63,791 nt of DNA from Catajapyx aquilonaris. Lineage: Eukaryota. Position 1 is the first letter of the stretch. Each line of letters opens with the position of its first letter. A program made the position numbers and the translations under genes. The notes beneath the pieces were generated by a model, which had not been told where the DNA came from, made no database searches, and saw only the letters and a program-made list of their open reading frames with translations. Shown piece after piece: positions 13,117 through 26,100 of this stretch. The stretch is taken from contig KZ538649.1 of assembly GCA_000934665.2 (NCBI GenBank), positions 1 to 63,791 of the forward strand. Reading direction: 5' to 3'.

Positions 13117-13688
13117 TATAGTCAGTATTTTAGGATCTGTGCTCAATATTTCTTAAATTAATCTACATGTGAAAACCTACCAGTAGGCCTGACTTCATAA
13201 AGTTACAAACGTTTTGATTTTTATAACAGCTTGTAAGTGGCGGACAGAGTTGTAAATTCTTCCAATGTGCATGCCAAACTCCTCCCTACTTGTCCATCAA
13301 ATTGAATTGTTCAAGTTCTGAGTCAGGAAGATGTGTATGGAGTACCTCTGTTCTGAATGAAATATTGTGGCCCCAGAATGTAAAAAAACAACTTAACAAT
13401 CTTTCTGATCATGGTGGGCCAGGGTGGCACAATTAAATGACACCAAAGTCATACTTGACACACTTTAATATGAGGTGATATACTCAATTCACAACCCTGT
13501 TTTTGTGAAATAGCTGGAAAGAGAATGAGCATAGCAAATATGTACAGTGAATATGATGCCTTGTTTCATAGAAGTAATTTGCAGTAAACATTATGAAAAT
13601 ATTGGCCGCCAATTCCCAGGCACATTTTGTATGCAACGCCACATATCGGAAGAAATTTATCTAAGGACTGTACTTGACTGGAAATTAC

Positions 13689-13983
13689 CGAAGCAGGTTG
13701 GTGTAGGGGTTAAGGAGCCAGACTGCTAATCGGGAGGTCCTGGGATCAAATCCCGGGACCGGCAACTCTGACCGTGGTTTTCTGTGGTTTCCCACGGTCC
13801 CTCCAGGAAAATTCCGGAGTTGTTTCCGTAATTAACAGGCCACAGCCGCTTCCTTCCATCCCTATCCCTTCCCAAAAAGCGAAGCAAAAAGTAAAAAGCA
13901 AAGAGTTCCTGACAAAAAAAAATGGGATGAACTCCCCCCCTAAGAGAGCCAATGGCTCTATCACGGGGTAAATTATTAAAAAT
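13689..13983 (+). mobile_element. tRNA-derived SINE, family B
   Basis: tRNA-like head; 18-bp TSD TACTTGACTGGAAATTAC (13671-13688, 13984-14001); second copy at 57875-58153. Confidence 0.92.
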
Positions 13984-14084
13984 TACTTGACTGGAAATTA
14001 CTAGAATCTCACATGATGTTCTCTTTCAGTTGCGCAGTTGTCATGGATCCAAACTTGCACATTTTTAGCAAGTCTGTGAAGCAG

Positions 14085-14257
14085 TACTGCCGTCAGATGT
14101 AAGAAGACCGTAACTCGAAAACCACTAAGGGCGAAAGTCGCATGCACGCCCTGCACTAATTCCCTCTGAGCCAGGGTGGATTAGTGCACGGCATGCATGC
14201 GACTTTCGCCCTTACTAGTTTTTGAGTTACGGTCTTCTTACAACTGACGGCAGAGTA
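14085..14257. mobile_element. Short foldback MITE
   Basis: Near-perfect palindrome CTGCCGTCAGwTGTAAGAAGACCGTAACTC... flanked by TA. Confidence 0.8.
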
Positions 14258-14716
14258 GTTGGTTATCTACTAACTTTAGCATGCTATACTTCCAGCAAGC
14301 TGAACATGTCATAAATGTTGTACCAGGGCACATACGAGTATATGAAATCCTCGACTCATTTGAATACGGTACCGAATGATTTTGAATGGATTGTGGTCAC
14401 CCAGACTATTCTTATGGGGTCCACTGAAAGTGGAAATGATATCTAGTAGTCACACAAACCCGGGATGACTGAAAAGCTGAAAGAGAACATCGAATGTGAG
14501 ATTGACATAATTTCTAATCATGTGCTTCAGTAATTTTTACCAATGTATAGTGAGTGTAGACCATAATAATATTATTATGTGGAAAAACTGAGCTTAGCTT
14601 TTTCATCAAATAGCATACTATGGAATACTGGATACTTTCCCCTATTCTAATAATTTTGATTGAGATGTTCCAAGTAATTGCCAGAGGATTTCTACAGGAG
14701 CAAGCCATAATATATT

Positions 14717-15525
14717 GAGGGGTCTGAGATATTTAAAAAACAGCGAAGTCCACTTGGAAAACTGGTTGTAAAATGAGCAAAAACTGATGATTACTTAACT
14801 TTAACTGATACAATCTTGAAACCTTTTACATCCATATGTTGCCACAGTCCAACTAGTAAAACTTCTATAAGTCAAATCTCCATGGGACCAGAAAAAACTT
14901 CGAGTTATAGAAGATTCAAGTTAGAGAAGTTTGGCATTTTTAAAGCACAGAACTCGATAAGGAAGCCTACCTTTATATCCAGCAACGAAAGGTGTTCCAA
15001 ACTTAAAAATAATTGTCACTTACAGTATTCCTCGTTGTTTTGTTGTAAAGAAATCTCCGTTATGGACATTTGCCTACTCTTAGATTGAAGGATTCAATTG
15101 TCACAATCGAGTCAAACACTTCTTTCGGTGTGCCTGGTAGACGGAGATAAGGAAATTGAGCCTTTCTGTACATGTGGCCTACTCTCGACCCTTCGGCTGG
15201 GAAATGATGAAATTTTTCGTACTCGGCAACATGAACTTCGACTTAGGGAGACTGAAAATGCATTGATATCCCAGCGTAAGGCCCTGCCTACCCTTCGAGT
15301 TATGGAAATTCGAGTTAGAGAAGTTTATTTCCTATTATTTTACATTGTGACCAACCAAGCTCCATTTTCTTCGACTTATAGGCCTAGAGAACTTCGTCTT
15401 AGGGAAGTTCGACTTATAGAAATGTGCAATTAATTCCCAATTATGTTAAAATACATAATTGTGGCAAGTATTTGTGTTACACCCCCCAAAAGTGACTAGG
15501 CGGTTTTTTTTCTCTCAGACCCCTC
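14717..15525. mobile_element. Sola2-like non-autonomous element with nested Tigger/pogo-like MITE (about 14853-15430)
   Basis: TIR GAGGGGTCTGAGA with imperfect 4-bp flanks TATT/AATT. The inner element runs AGTAAAACTTCTATAAGTC...TTCGACTTATAGAA with repeated TTCGAGTTA motifs. Confidence 0.65.
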
Positions 15526-15573
15526 AATTGGACATTTTGATATTAATGACACTGATGTAGGCAACCTCTGAAG

Positions 15574-15984
15574 CAGGGGTTCTTAACCTTTTCAGGCTGT
15601 GCACCCCTTTGAAGACAGTTGGTCCTTGTCGCACCCCCTATACCAGGGGTGATTGATTAAGTTCATACTTAGCCTCCTGAAAGTGTCATAAAAATTCACT
15701 TTGCTGTGTAACGTTGGCAACTAGTCAAAAAATGACACTTTCCAACCTTCTTTTTACGATAAAAAATTAGAGACTGACTATAGGAAAACAACTCGCATAT
15801 ATGTAACGTGGATTTAAACAAGCTTTCTAACGATACATTCCATTATTTTTTTAGATAATTTGCCTGGGAGTTGTTTAGAGTCAAACACAGGGCTCTATAT
15901 TAAATAAATATATAGTAAGTCCAGAGGTGCACATTGCTCGCACCACTAGGGGAGCCACCTTGCACCCCAGGTTAAGAACCGCTG
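15574..15984. mobile_element. hAT-like MITE
   Basis: 8-bp TSD CTCTGAAG; TIR CAGsGGTTCTTAACCT. Confidence 0.92.
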
Positions 15985-16351
15985 CTCTGAAGCATTGAAA
16001 GAAACTAGAAGAGTATGTATTGTACAACAGTGTGTTTGATACATACAGAACAGCTCTTGTTGCATAAGCTGCAGCTGAAGACTCTCCCTTGGTCTTCTTG
16101 CTGACATGACAGTAGAGCCTCATCATGCATTTACCCTTCCCGACATGTGACAGTAGCAGAATTGCTCCAGCGTCTTGGAAGAGATCATATGAGTCATACG
16201 AGTCCAGCCCTCGACTACTTTCAGCTGTGATGGCTCGACCTTGGTCAGCATTGTCCATCATTGATGTCAGCAACCAGTATGCATTTTGAACCAAGAATGT
16301 TGCTATTGAGAATAAAGAACAATAGGCCTATTGGTTTTCTCATTTACTCCC

Positions 16352-16881
16352 ACAACCAAAGTAACTCTTCTTACCCTCCAGAATTTCGAAGATTTTTGGA
16401 TTTTCTAATTCTGCTTGGCCGATAGTGTTGAGAAAACATCACCTCCGCTGCTAATTTCCACGTTAGCAGGGTGAAAATACAGCCAAAATGCGATGTTCCG
16501 AAGCCACAACAACTGCATCCGATCGCCGGTCCCGGCTGCCCGGTCGCCTTTCACTGCGTCTGTAGCGCTCTCCGGTGCGGTGCCGTGAAGGAGAAGGGTT
16601 ACCTCGCACGCTTTGAAGTCGAAGGCGATTATAATAATGGAGAGCCCCGCAGCGGAGAGCGCTACAGACGCGGTGAAAGGCGACCGCGACCGGGCAGCCG
16701 GGACCGGCGACAGGATGCAGTTGTTGTGGCTTCGGAACATCGTATTTTGGCTGTATTTTCACCCTGCTAACGTGGAAATTAGCAGCGGAGGTGATGTTTT
16801 CTCAACATTATAGGCCAAGCAGAATTAGAAAATCCAAAAATCTTCAAAATTCAGGAGGGTAAGAAGAGTTACTTTGGTTGT
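16352..16881. repeat. 530-bp near-perfect palindrome (foldback element, superfamily unassigned)
   Basis: Arms of about 230 bp from ACAACCAAAGTAACTCTTC to GAAGAGTTACTTTGGTTGT; mirror-image ORFs on both strands; no TSD evident. Confidence 0.92.
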
Positions 16882-18816
16882 CAGATTTAGGTTCCACATG
16901 ATATACTGGTATCACAACCAAAGTATTCTAACTGATATTAACTATTTCAGCTCCATTATGGAGATAATTGCATATTAATTTTTGTCATTCACCCCAAAGG
17001 TATGGCAGAAAATATATTTCTTGGACTTAGTATTACATCAACAATTTACTGCACACCTGTCATTTTATAAATTATTTATCCTTGAAAGATAATTGCACAG
17101 GTGCTTCTTCTGAATCTTTGCTTATATTCACAATCAAGGACACCTTTTAGACAATCAGTTATGCTGTGGGAAATATTATACAAGTTAAGTGTGTAGATGA
17201 ACGAGTTACAGAGTTCACTCCAGAAACGTGGGCTATATAACACCCTGCATTCCAGAGAAGGAATGAGTGTCACATGGACTTATGGGAACTTACCTAAGAA
17301 GAGGAGGCTAATAACCGATATGGTGTCAATTGGGACACCACCCATTTGTCCAGTGGTATCGCCTCTGGCTTCGTCAATCGAGTCCAGACCACGAAGAAAA
17401 GGTTCGGCTACAACCAGGTTGGCCATGGTTAGCATCTGGTCCAACATGTCTTCACAGTACGCTACAAGTTTCAACTGTCTTCTCTATGGTGTAGGTCTCG
17501 AGGGCTGCCGGAAAAAATGGTCCCGAATACCCCCAAAAACGGGACATTGATTGGCAGAAATCAAGCTGGAAGTGGAGGAACCTTTTTGGATGTTACCTCA
17601 TCATCATAACGGATGGCTTCTAGAAAATTGGTGATCGCTCTGCTTCTCATCCGATTCCACTGCGCTGTTGCTTCAAGTTGATAAAAAAGGAAACTGTCAG
17701 ACACACCTATGTTTTGGCTATGACACGGAACCGCACAGTTAAATCTTTCACTTCCGGACTTGTTTGGTAATGCAGAACAAACACAATGAGCATAGGCTAC
17801 AACTGTCCCCGCCTCTATAGTGTTTCTCAAAAAAAAATGGCTCATTGGCTCCCTGATCACATTTTTTACTGGTGAGGGGCGAATTTTATTGTGGCAACGC
17901 AGCTCACATTCTTTTGCCAGGTTGTCATCATTTTTTTGTGTCCGACCAAGATGTGGCTTCTGGTCAAATTGTGCTAGAACACATCAGATATGTATGCAGT
18001 ATTTCTGCCCTGATGAGGGGCAGGCAGGTGAATACCAACATTGTGATCACCCACGTTACCTACCGCCATCAAGCCACCTGAACCACAATAGGCCTATTCT
18101 CTCAAGGCGTAAATAGCCAAGTCTGAAGCCGCGCAATTTTATCTTGGTCGTACAGTTACTTGCTAACATTTTTCCTATATTTCACACACATTTCACAACA
18201 GTAAAGGCCAATAAATTATGTACTTAATTGTATCCTCTCATACACCAAGAAAGATGCAACCTCAACCCGAATTTGTCCTTGCTATTAATTTATTGGCTCG
18301 TAATTGGAGCAGCAATTAATAGCAAGGGCAAACCCGGGTATATTTTCTGTGGTGCAATTCAGGGCCTTACATGAATAATTTGTCATGATTTTAGACAAAA
18401 TTATATATTGTATGTTAGAAAATAACTTCAAAATATGGAAGAACAGAATATGAATTACTGCTTATATTCTTCGTCGTTAAGTGATTGGCAATAGGAAGGT
18501 GGTGCTATAACTTTGCATGCATCTTTAGTATCATGGACTCCACCACAAGTAGAAAGAGGTTATTTTATTCCGTCGAATGCTGGCAAGTGGAAAGATTTGC
18601 CCTGCAAAAACACTTTTCTGTCCGAAGAGGTAGTCTGGGATGAAGCAGGCGAAATACTTATACATGAACCAATCCTGTTATTTAATTTTTATTTTTTACA
18701 ATACAGCTCATGCAGACATATTTGTTTTTCACCATACTCCGTAGGAACATCGTCTGCAATGGCATTGAAACAGGTGCGGGGGAAAAAAATTACATAGGGA
18801 CCTACATTCAGCGATA

Positions 18817-20167
18817 TTAAATATTGCTGGTACAGTGTGGCACCAGAACGTCGCAACCAAATTTTTCTCCACCCAAACGGCGACCCTGGATATCGTCGGT
18901 GAAGTTCCCCACGCCACTGTCTCCCGAAAAGTGACCAGCAGCCAATCTGAAACCAGAATAAAATTAATTAAAAGTTACATATGCGTTAGTGTATCCGCAA
19001 AACGTACAGAAACAGTTGAACCAGGTCCCCTCCTCCAGAGTCCACCGCATCGTCAACGGCCAAACGACAAAGCATACTTCGCGCGCAGGTCGGATTTTGT
19101 TCTACTTGTTTATAAATACGATAGTACCCGTCGAAAGTCGCTAGAATCGTGGCTAGGAAGCTTCCCGTAGGATTGACGTCGTCGTCGACCAGTCCTAGAG
19201 AGTCCAAACTCCGCGGCTGTCTTTCGTCCGTTTCTTCAGAGAAGTCCTGAAACAAATAGTCGTCGTATGTTACATACATTTTGGGTCATCTGCATGTACT
19301 TTGTAGCGCTCAGAGAAATAAGACATTCAATGGCACAATAGGTCTTACATCTTGACGACCTTCTCCAGGAATCAGAAAATTGAGAGCCTCTGGAACATCG
19401 GAGAGCGCCAATGGCAGATGGAGGTCGACCACGTCTAAGGAACGGGCGCTGCGATTCAGGAAGTGATACACCAATTGAAAGAGAAACACTCCAAAACTGA
19501 GGGCTGCCAGAAGCACAAATGGGTCCAGGAGGCCATTTCCCATATGTGTGTTGTGGGCAGGGGCAGGGCTCCATCCGTGGTGGTACACTCCGTGGCCGTA
19601 CCCCATTCCTTCCCGGTTTTGCAACTTTTGACCCTGTTCCAGGAGGTCACGAAGATTCTTCAGGGTCTCCACCCCGTGTTGGAGGGCAGCAGACGAATTT
19701 TCAGCCGAATTGTCGTTGCTTCCAGTGGCGAGTCTTAACTGTTGCAAGCCATACTGCATCACATCCGATGTGGATGCCGGTTCCCTAAAGAAACGTTCAG
19801 TCAACCGTGTGTAAGGACACTAAATCATAAATACATACCTGGCTTTCAGTTTGTCCTGAAGGAACTGGACCAGTCTGTCCCCAACAAATACCATCTGCTT
19901 CAAAGAGGTGACCAGCTCTTCGCCTCCTTCTTCACTGTCCAGCCATTCTTGAACTTTGGGCTTGGCCAGCTCCAGAAGAATTCCTGGAAGTTGCTGGAGC
20001 ACTTTGGTCAACCACCAACTGGCACTGTTGGAGTCTTCGGGTGGTTTCGGCGTGTCATCCTCGGACCAGAAGTTGTAACTGAGAAGATTGTCAGTATCGT
20101 CTTGTTGGGTGGCGGCGATCATCACAACCAGAAGGGACACGAAGAGGACTCGGATGTTGAGAGCCAT
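18817..20167 (-). CDS. Uncharacterised secreted/membrane arthropod protein with DM4/DM12-like Cys-containing C-terminus (4 exons, 377 aa)
   Basis: Exons 20167-19839, 19784-19349, 19246-19008 and 18946-18817 are GT-AG and phase-compatible, totalling 1134 nt. Signal peptide MALNIRVLFVSLLVVMIAA; Gly/His/Tyr stretch; hydrophobic LLDPFVLLAALSFGVFLFQLVYHFL; CARSMLC and terminal CDVLVPHC. The family call is from motif recall. Confidence 0.85.
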
Positions 20168-20260
20168 TCCTCTCGAGGGTCCGGACTCTTCTGAGCTGAT
20201 TTCGGAGCAGAAAGGGAAAAAGAAGGACAGCGAGACGAACAAGACGAAAACAGCTATTCC

Positions 20261-20266
20261 AACTGA
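20261..20266 (-). promoter_or_regulatory. Arthropod initiator TCAGTT for the 18817-20167 gene
   Basis: Exact consensus about 95 nt upstream of the ATG. Confidence 0.5.
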
Positions 20267-21075
20267 TTCACTTCCACGCCCGTCCTTACGTTGTAATCTT
20301 CTCGTTCATCTGCCATACGCTTCCGGAGAGCCTCCTTATTACAGTTCTTTTCACGTCACATCACACGTGTCAGCAAGTCTCGTTCTTTTCATTTTCATCC
20401 CCTGCCACCGTTTTCCTGATATTGGACGTTTAGGTTCGCTTGAATCAATATTTTATAGAATACTTTTTTCTGTCTGTCCATAAAAAATTTATTAAGCCAA
20501 TAAAATGTTATTTTATACATTCTTAGTTCGCAGACCAAAAGTATAGAATTGTGTCATAGTGTAATTTTTAAAAGTTTCAAATGATGTCACCATTGTTGTT
20601 ATGAAACAACACAATAGTGTGGGCAACAAAGGTAAAACGTCACACTATCATAAAATTTATTATTATTCAACCCACGCTTGCTGGCGGTATAAATATGTCA
20701 ACTTTAGTTGACTTTAGGTGTAGGCCAATGTACATTACTGTATATGGAAATAACAGGGACGTTTTAATAAGCTTTTATTTATAACAAAAACAAATCATTA
20801 CCCGCAGTTTGTTGCGGTGTTAATACAAAACGATAACAAATCTTTAAATCACCAACCTTTTCCACCATTACAAAATAACACTCATGCTAAAACGGATGTT
20901 GCTCGACTTCCAAATGTTTCAGCTGAGTGTCGGTACAGTCCCATACGGCTACGTCAGTGTATCCATTTCGTGCAGTCAGCGCATGGCCAGGGTATAAAAC
21001 CTTTATTATCGCCAGCAGCAGCTTGCACTTACTATCCAGTCACACAAAAGCTAATTCTCTCTTGAAATCAACTGT

Positions 21076-21627
21076 TTATAAAATATCCTCGAGAGTATCA
21101 AGTGTCTTTAAATAATTATTCCATATGGTTGGCAAAATTCCCTTCTGCAGCATGGACTGTATGATCCCCGGTTCTTCCACTTTGCACTTACACTTCTTGA
21201 TCCTTTGTCTCGGAGGAGGAGGAGGAGGTGGTGGTCGGATGCCGTTGTGCTCCCCCACTCTCTTGGACAATACTTTACCACCGGAACTAGTGCTGGGAAC
21301 AGCGATGACCGGAATAGGCAAGGCTGGCACTGCCGGTACAGCCTGCACCGCCGAAAAAGACGTGAAGGACGACGACGGTATGACAGGCCGGTAGGAGTAT
21401 GAAGCTGCTGACATCTGGGCGTTGCTGTTGGCCACAGCCGATGCAGAGAAGGCGAACAGGAGGAGGATCATGGTGGCAAAAGACATTCCGCCCAGAAACA
21501 CGACCCCGTTCCACAGGAGGCTCTCAGATCGGGCTTCCACTGCTGTCGTCGAAGGAGGCAGTACCGATGATACTGCCCCGTTATGAAACAAGACCACAAC
21601 AGCTAACACACTGTTTCTCCAATACAT
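21076..21627 (-). CDS. Uncharacterised signal-peptide plus transmembrane-segment, Ser/Pro-rich protein (183 aa, apparently single coding exon)
   Basis: ORF MYWRNSVLAVVVLF has a second hydrophobic segment (LLWNGVVFLGGMSFATMILLLFAFSA), a poly-Pro run and CKC. A TCAGTT initiator lies about 25 nt upstream of the ATG. Confidence 0.7.
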   Translation of the reverse strand: MYWRNSVLAVVVLFHNGAVSSVLPPSTTAVEARSESLLWNGVVFLGGMSFATMILLLFAFSASAVANSNAQMSAASYSYRPVIPSSSFTSFSAVQAVPAVPALPIPVIAVPSTSSGGKVLSKRVGEHNGIRPPPPPPPPRQRIKKCKCKVEEPGIIQSMLQKGILPTIWNNYLKTLDTLEDIL

Positions 21628-21649
21628 CTGCGACCTGGATCGGAATTAG

Positions 21650-21655
21650 AACTGA
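21650..21655 (-). promoter_or_regulatory. Arthropod initiator TCAGTT for the 21076-21627 gene
   Basis: Exact consensus about 25 nt upstream of the ATG. Confidence 0.4.
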
Positions 21656-23109
21656 GTCGATCACAATGAAAAGTGTCCAAACTTGGGTCCTTTTCATTCT
21701 TACCGACTCGATTCTAGTTTTGACACCCTTCAGCTCATACCTCAAATATTAATGAGACATAAAGAGCCTTCTAGTGTTTAAGAAACTGAATATACAGTAC
21801 CTGTAGATGTTGTTGCGAGAAGGGCTCTTCTCATGGTAGTTCTGTTGAAAAAGTGCTTCCTTGCCTTCCGGAATAGGTGCTTATATGCTGATGGAAAGAA
21901 GGGCAATAATGCTATTCTTGTCGAAGGGAAAACGGAAGGGCCAAATGTGCCAGTTTCAGACCTTAAAAACTCCCATTAATTTGTCTCCGCCCTTAGAAAG
22001 AGTGCAGTTTCACTCCATCGCCGTCAAATAAAAGGCGAGTGAGCCAGTGAGCCCATTTCTTTCATAAATTCGACACTTGTATTCCGGGACAATCCGAGTA
22101 AATTTTGATTTAATTTGGGTATAAATTGGGTCAATTTTATGCACGTGATTGGTGTCTATCTGGCCATGTCTATCCAGTTGGGTTACTCAAGCGTGACGTT
22201 TTCGCCGAGATGTTTAGGCAACTAACCTGCACACAAAAAAACACTTGCAACATATGATATTTAGCCTCTCTACCTTTTCGACTTGTTTGATGTCATTATA
22301 CTATTTCTCATCAACGCTGTGCTTATAATGTGTCCATCTGCCGGCTAACCACTAGCCATATTATACCGACGTATATAGGCAATTAACGGTGCATGATATG
22401 ACATTTCGTACCAGAATATTTGATGCTTGGGTTGGATCAAGGATTCATCTTGCAGCACCCATATTACAATATCGGTTTATATAGGAACGTCTATAATACC
22501 GGCTGGAATCTCGCTCAGTGGGACGGGAAGGAACTTCGAGTTATGGAAGATTTGAGTTAGAGACGTTTGCAAAATTGTTGTAGTACAAAACCGTGCAAGG
22601 ACACTTGTAATTTTCACACTTTAATATGAAAACACAAAAACACGGACCCTGTCATGTTACACGACATCATTTTTGGGGGAAAAGAAGAGTCCGTGAGAGA
22701 CCGCTGGATAAATGCTTTTCTAGACGTCGTATATAAATTCCACAGTATTTATAATTATGTTACGCACCCCACATGTTTGTCATTATGGTGGCGAATGTGG
22801 GCTGTGTGTAGATGATGTTTAAAGCACTGCAAAATCGTGCCATTTTAGTTACCGTAAGATACAATGTTACTATATGTTAGACATTATTTTATCCAATGTT
22901 GTATAGTTCCAACTAATCCGGAATTTACGAGATAAGTAATCCAATAGATACGTCACTTCTTTGTTTATGCACTGCTGCCGTTTGCCATACGTAAAGAAAT
23001 GAGTAAAAAAGTGCTTCACAAGAAACTATAATCCTGAGCAGTAATCCATGGCACGGTACCGTACTCTTTATGTCAGCTGCTAGCTTAATAATCGCCATAA
23101 CTGAGGTAT

Positions 23110-26100
23110 TCTTCACCTGTGCATGCGTGACTCTCTGTGCAGTGACCAACACCTGCACGTAGGTATGTTACCACAATTATAGGAAAATATTCTTGCAAAA
23201 TGACTGATTTGAAAAGCCCCTAACACTATGTATTTCGACATATTAATGTTTACCATGTGGCAATGAAAATAACTAATGACATCATGGAACGTTCTGCTCT
23301 TATGTCTCCGTATTCCAGTGGGTTTTCTTGGGGTTCTTCCGCTTCCTCCCACAGTACAAAAATCACTCTTACCCTCTCATCGTCTCCTATCATTGCCATA
23401 TGGCTTTAGTTATTGCTTTGGCTCCTCAAATCAACCAACCAACAAACTGGCTGGTATGCTTGTTGTCGCCATTTGCTTCAAGCAGGTGTATAAGGAAACA
23501 CTTCTTAGTACTATAAAAGTAGAGGTAATGAATATTTTACGCTCTTTGGCCTTTCCATTTCCGCAAATATAAAGAAGACTCCTGGCATAGAATAGAAGTT
23601 ATGACGTGCTTAAATCCTCCCTATTGCATATGACTCACTTTGGTACGTATGAGTTAGGTTTCTCTGGCTATACGGACTCGACTCATTTGGATATGGTCTT
23701 CAACATATCTGCCACTTGGAATGACGTCACCTTCGTCGGAATTCTCACGGTGATTTGCTTATAAGTTACAACAATGATGACATCATTTCAAACTTTAAAA
23801 ATCACAGTATGCGGATGGTAAATATTGGTTTCTCAATCATGGGTCACCCTTTATTTGGGGCAGGTGAATAATATAATCGGTGGCGATAAATATTTATCTT
23901 AGCGGCCATAAAATTGCCCCATTCGCATGTGCTTTATGTTTTTTACAGCGAGCAAGGACTTTCTTGTGGTCACTTTTCCGCTACCTGTACCGATACTTCT
24001 TTTTTACTTTAAAACCAATGCAGTGGCTTGTGGTTAATAAATTATGCACATATACTTCCAAGTGCTGGGACATTCTTTGGCAAACCATGCCTCGTTTCTA
24101 AGAAACATCAGTTTTTCAGCATCAAAATCTCTGAGCGTTACACTCTCGCTTCCGTTAGCGGTTCTTTTTTATTTATTCGTCAAATGGTCCATATAGTCAC
24201 ATCTCTCTAACTGGTGCCTAATTCTCTTTGACCATTTAAAGTCGCTGTACTTTTGATCGGTCATCACCACTGCTTCGCATCGCTAGGTTATAAATCTGAT
24301 TCACTGGCATGTGCATTATCTTCCTGCTGGGACTTTGCCATGACAAAAATAGGTTTAATGCACCCAAAGTACACTAAAAAGAAAGTGTCCCTTTTTCTCT
24401 TACTTTATGATAAGTACGTAATAAGTACTCGTAATTTTTGCTCTTATCGTATGTGAAAATAATTAACTTTCAAAATAGGAGTTTAAAAGGCAATTTATTG
24501 ACCCTTAAATCCTCCACTTAGAAGACGGTGCTGACATTATTATTTGATATCACGAAGTACCACCCTCTGTGGAGGTAGTCCCATTTTAGATGCTCTATAC
24601 AACGAGAGCATACCCTTCAACGTCTGAAGTACCACGTTATTGATTTCCTTCATTACTTTTACCTGGTCACCAGGGTGTCTGGGTCCTTGAGTCTAAGCTC
24701 ATACGTATACTGCCGACAAGGAAGCCGTATCAGGATAGTTGAAATCCCACCTCGTAATTTGCCTGGAATCGTGTATTTAGATTGTCTGCCCTTCCACGAG
24801 ACAACGAAACACTTGGTTGGACATCGAGTAGAAGTCAAACAAGGTCTGACATTATCCTGATCGTCGCAGGAGAACTCCACCCAAATGTGTTCGAGATATG
24901 GCAGGTGCATCTGGCACACTTCGTACAATGATGAAACTATCATGGCCTTCTCTTCTGCATAGTAATCATGTGTATATCCTGCCAGAGAAGAGAGGTGCCT
25001 GAGATTGTTTGGCACCCAGTTATTATCAATGACAGTTAGTTGTTGCCAGCATAAGATGCTGCCAAATGAACAACAGAAAAATGATCAAAATAAATCGGTG
25101 AACCTTGACTCTAGAGCTCAAATGCACTTACTTGACAAGTTAGTAGCCTAAACTTTTAATTTTTCCAGTCGGCAGATTTTGTAGGTGTTGTAAGTTGTGC
25201 ACTGTTGTGTATATAGTTATCATTAAGTCATTACTCATTTTATGTCTGTCCTCTTAACGTCTTATTAATGCTAGGCCAATGTGTTTACATTAGTATGAAG
25301 CGGAGTACTGTACCAATGTTCTGCAATGCAATGGTTTTTTAAAAATAGAACAGGATTTTATGGCGGAGGGGTTCCGGCCAGGATTCGTAAAAAAAAATTG
25401 AAGTTCCGCGACAACATAGAGGTTGAAGACCTCTGCACAAAACACCCACTATCGAGCTATCTACTTTCAGTGATTGCAACCCGGCCTTAATTATGATTAA
25501 ATTTGTCAATAACGATAAATCAATGTGAATGGCCCTTTTGAATATCGTTGTGAACCATAAATATGTAATGGAATTCTGAATGATTCACGTGGATATCGCT
25601 TCGATGGAAGCCCCACTGGCTGACATGGCTGCATATACAGTATGGCCTCTCTGTATAAAGTACAGTAATTCTTCATATCTTGGATCTGTTCAAGTACCAA
25701 AGTAACACGGCACAAGGGCATTATTACACACAGTATAATGTGAGACAACATCAAAACTCAAGAATTAAGCTGAAATATATATATTTGGATTCTGGTCCAA
25801 AGAGTTGACAACTGACAAGTAACGGTGCGTGGAAACAGTAAACAATAAAAAAGTGCATGGGTCATATACTCTTTGCATTTCCACACAATTTGATGGAGGC
25901 TTTTGCCTTCGATGCATCGGGAGATTATAAAGATAGGTGCAAAAAGAAGTAATAAGATTCAGGTGAGTGAATACCAAGGACTTTCCTTTTGCCATCCTGA
26001 AGAAGACAAAATGTGGTAGTGGGCTAGGTTGGGGATTTATCTTCAGTTCATTGCGTTTATGACCAGAAATACTGTATATTCAGCTCGTGCAAAGTTTCAG

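Larger units (their letters stand above)
11799..13120 (+). mobile_element. Family A-related SINE carrying two nested MITEs
   Basis: Head similar to the 4352 SINE; 14-bp TSD GTCAGTATTTTAGG (11785-11798, 13121-13134). Confidence 0.8.

Noticed and set aside
16405..16813. Paired near-identical ORFs on opposite strands (also 11828-12810)
   Set aside because: A consequence of palindromic elements, not duplicated genes.
17280..17860. ORF fragments with AHCVCSA (possible SWIM finger of a transposon)
   Set aside because: The motif is incomplete and no element ends were found.
21801..21834. Upstream mini-exon MRRALLATTST with a donor as first coding exon of the 183-aa gene
   Set aside because: Splicing to either nearby acceptor puts it out of frame with an early stop; at most a 5' UTR exon or uORF.
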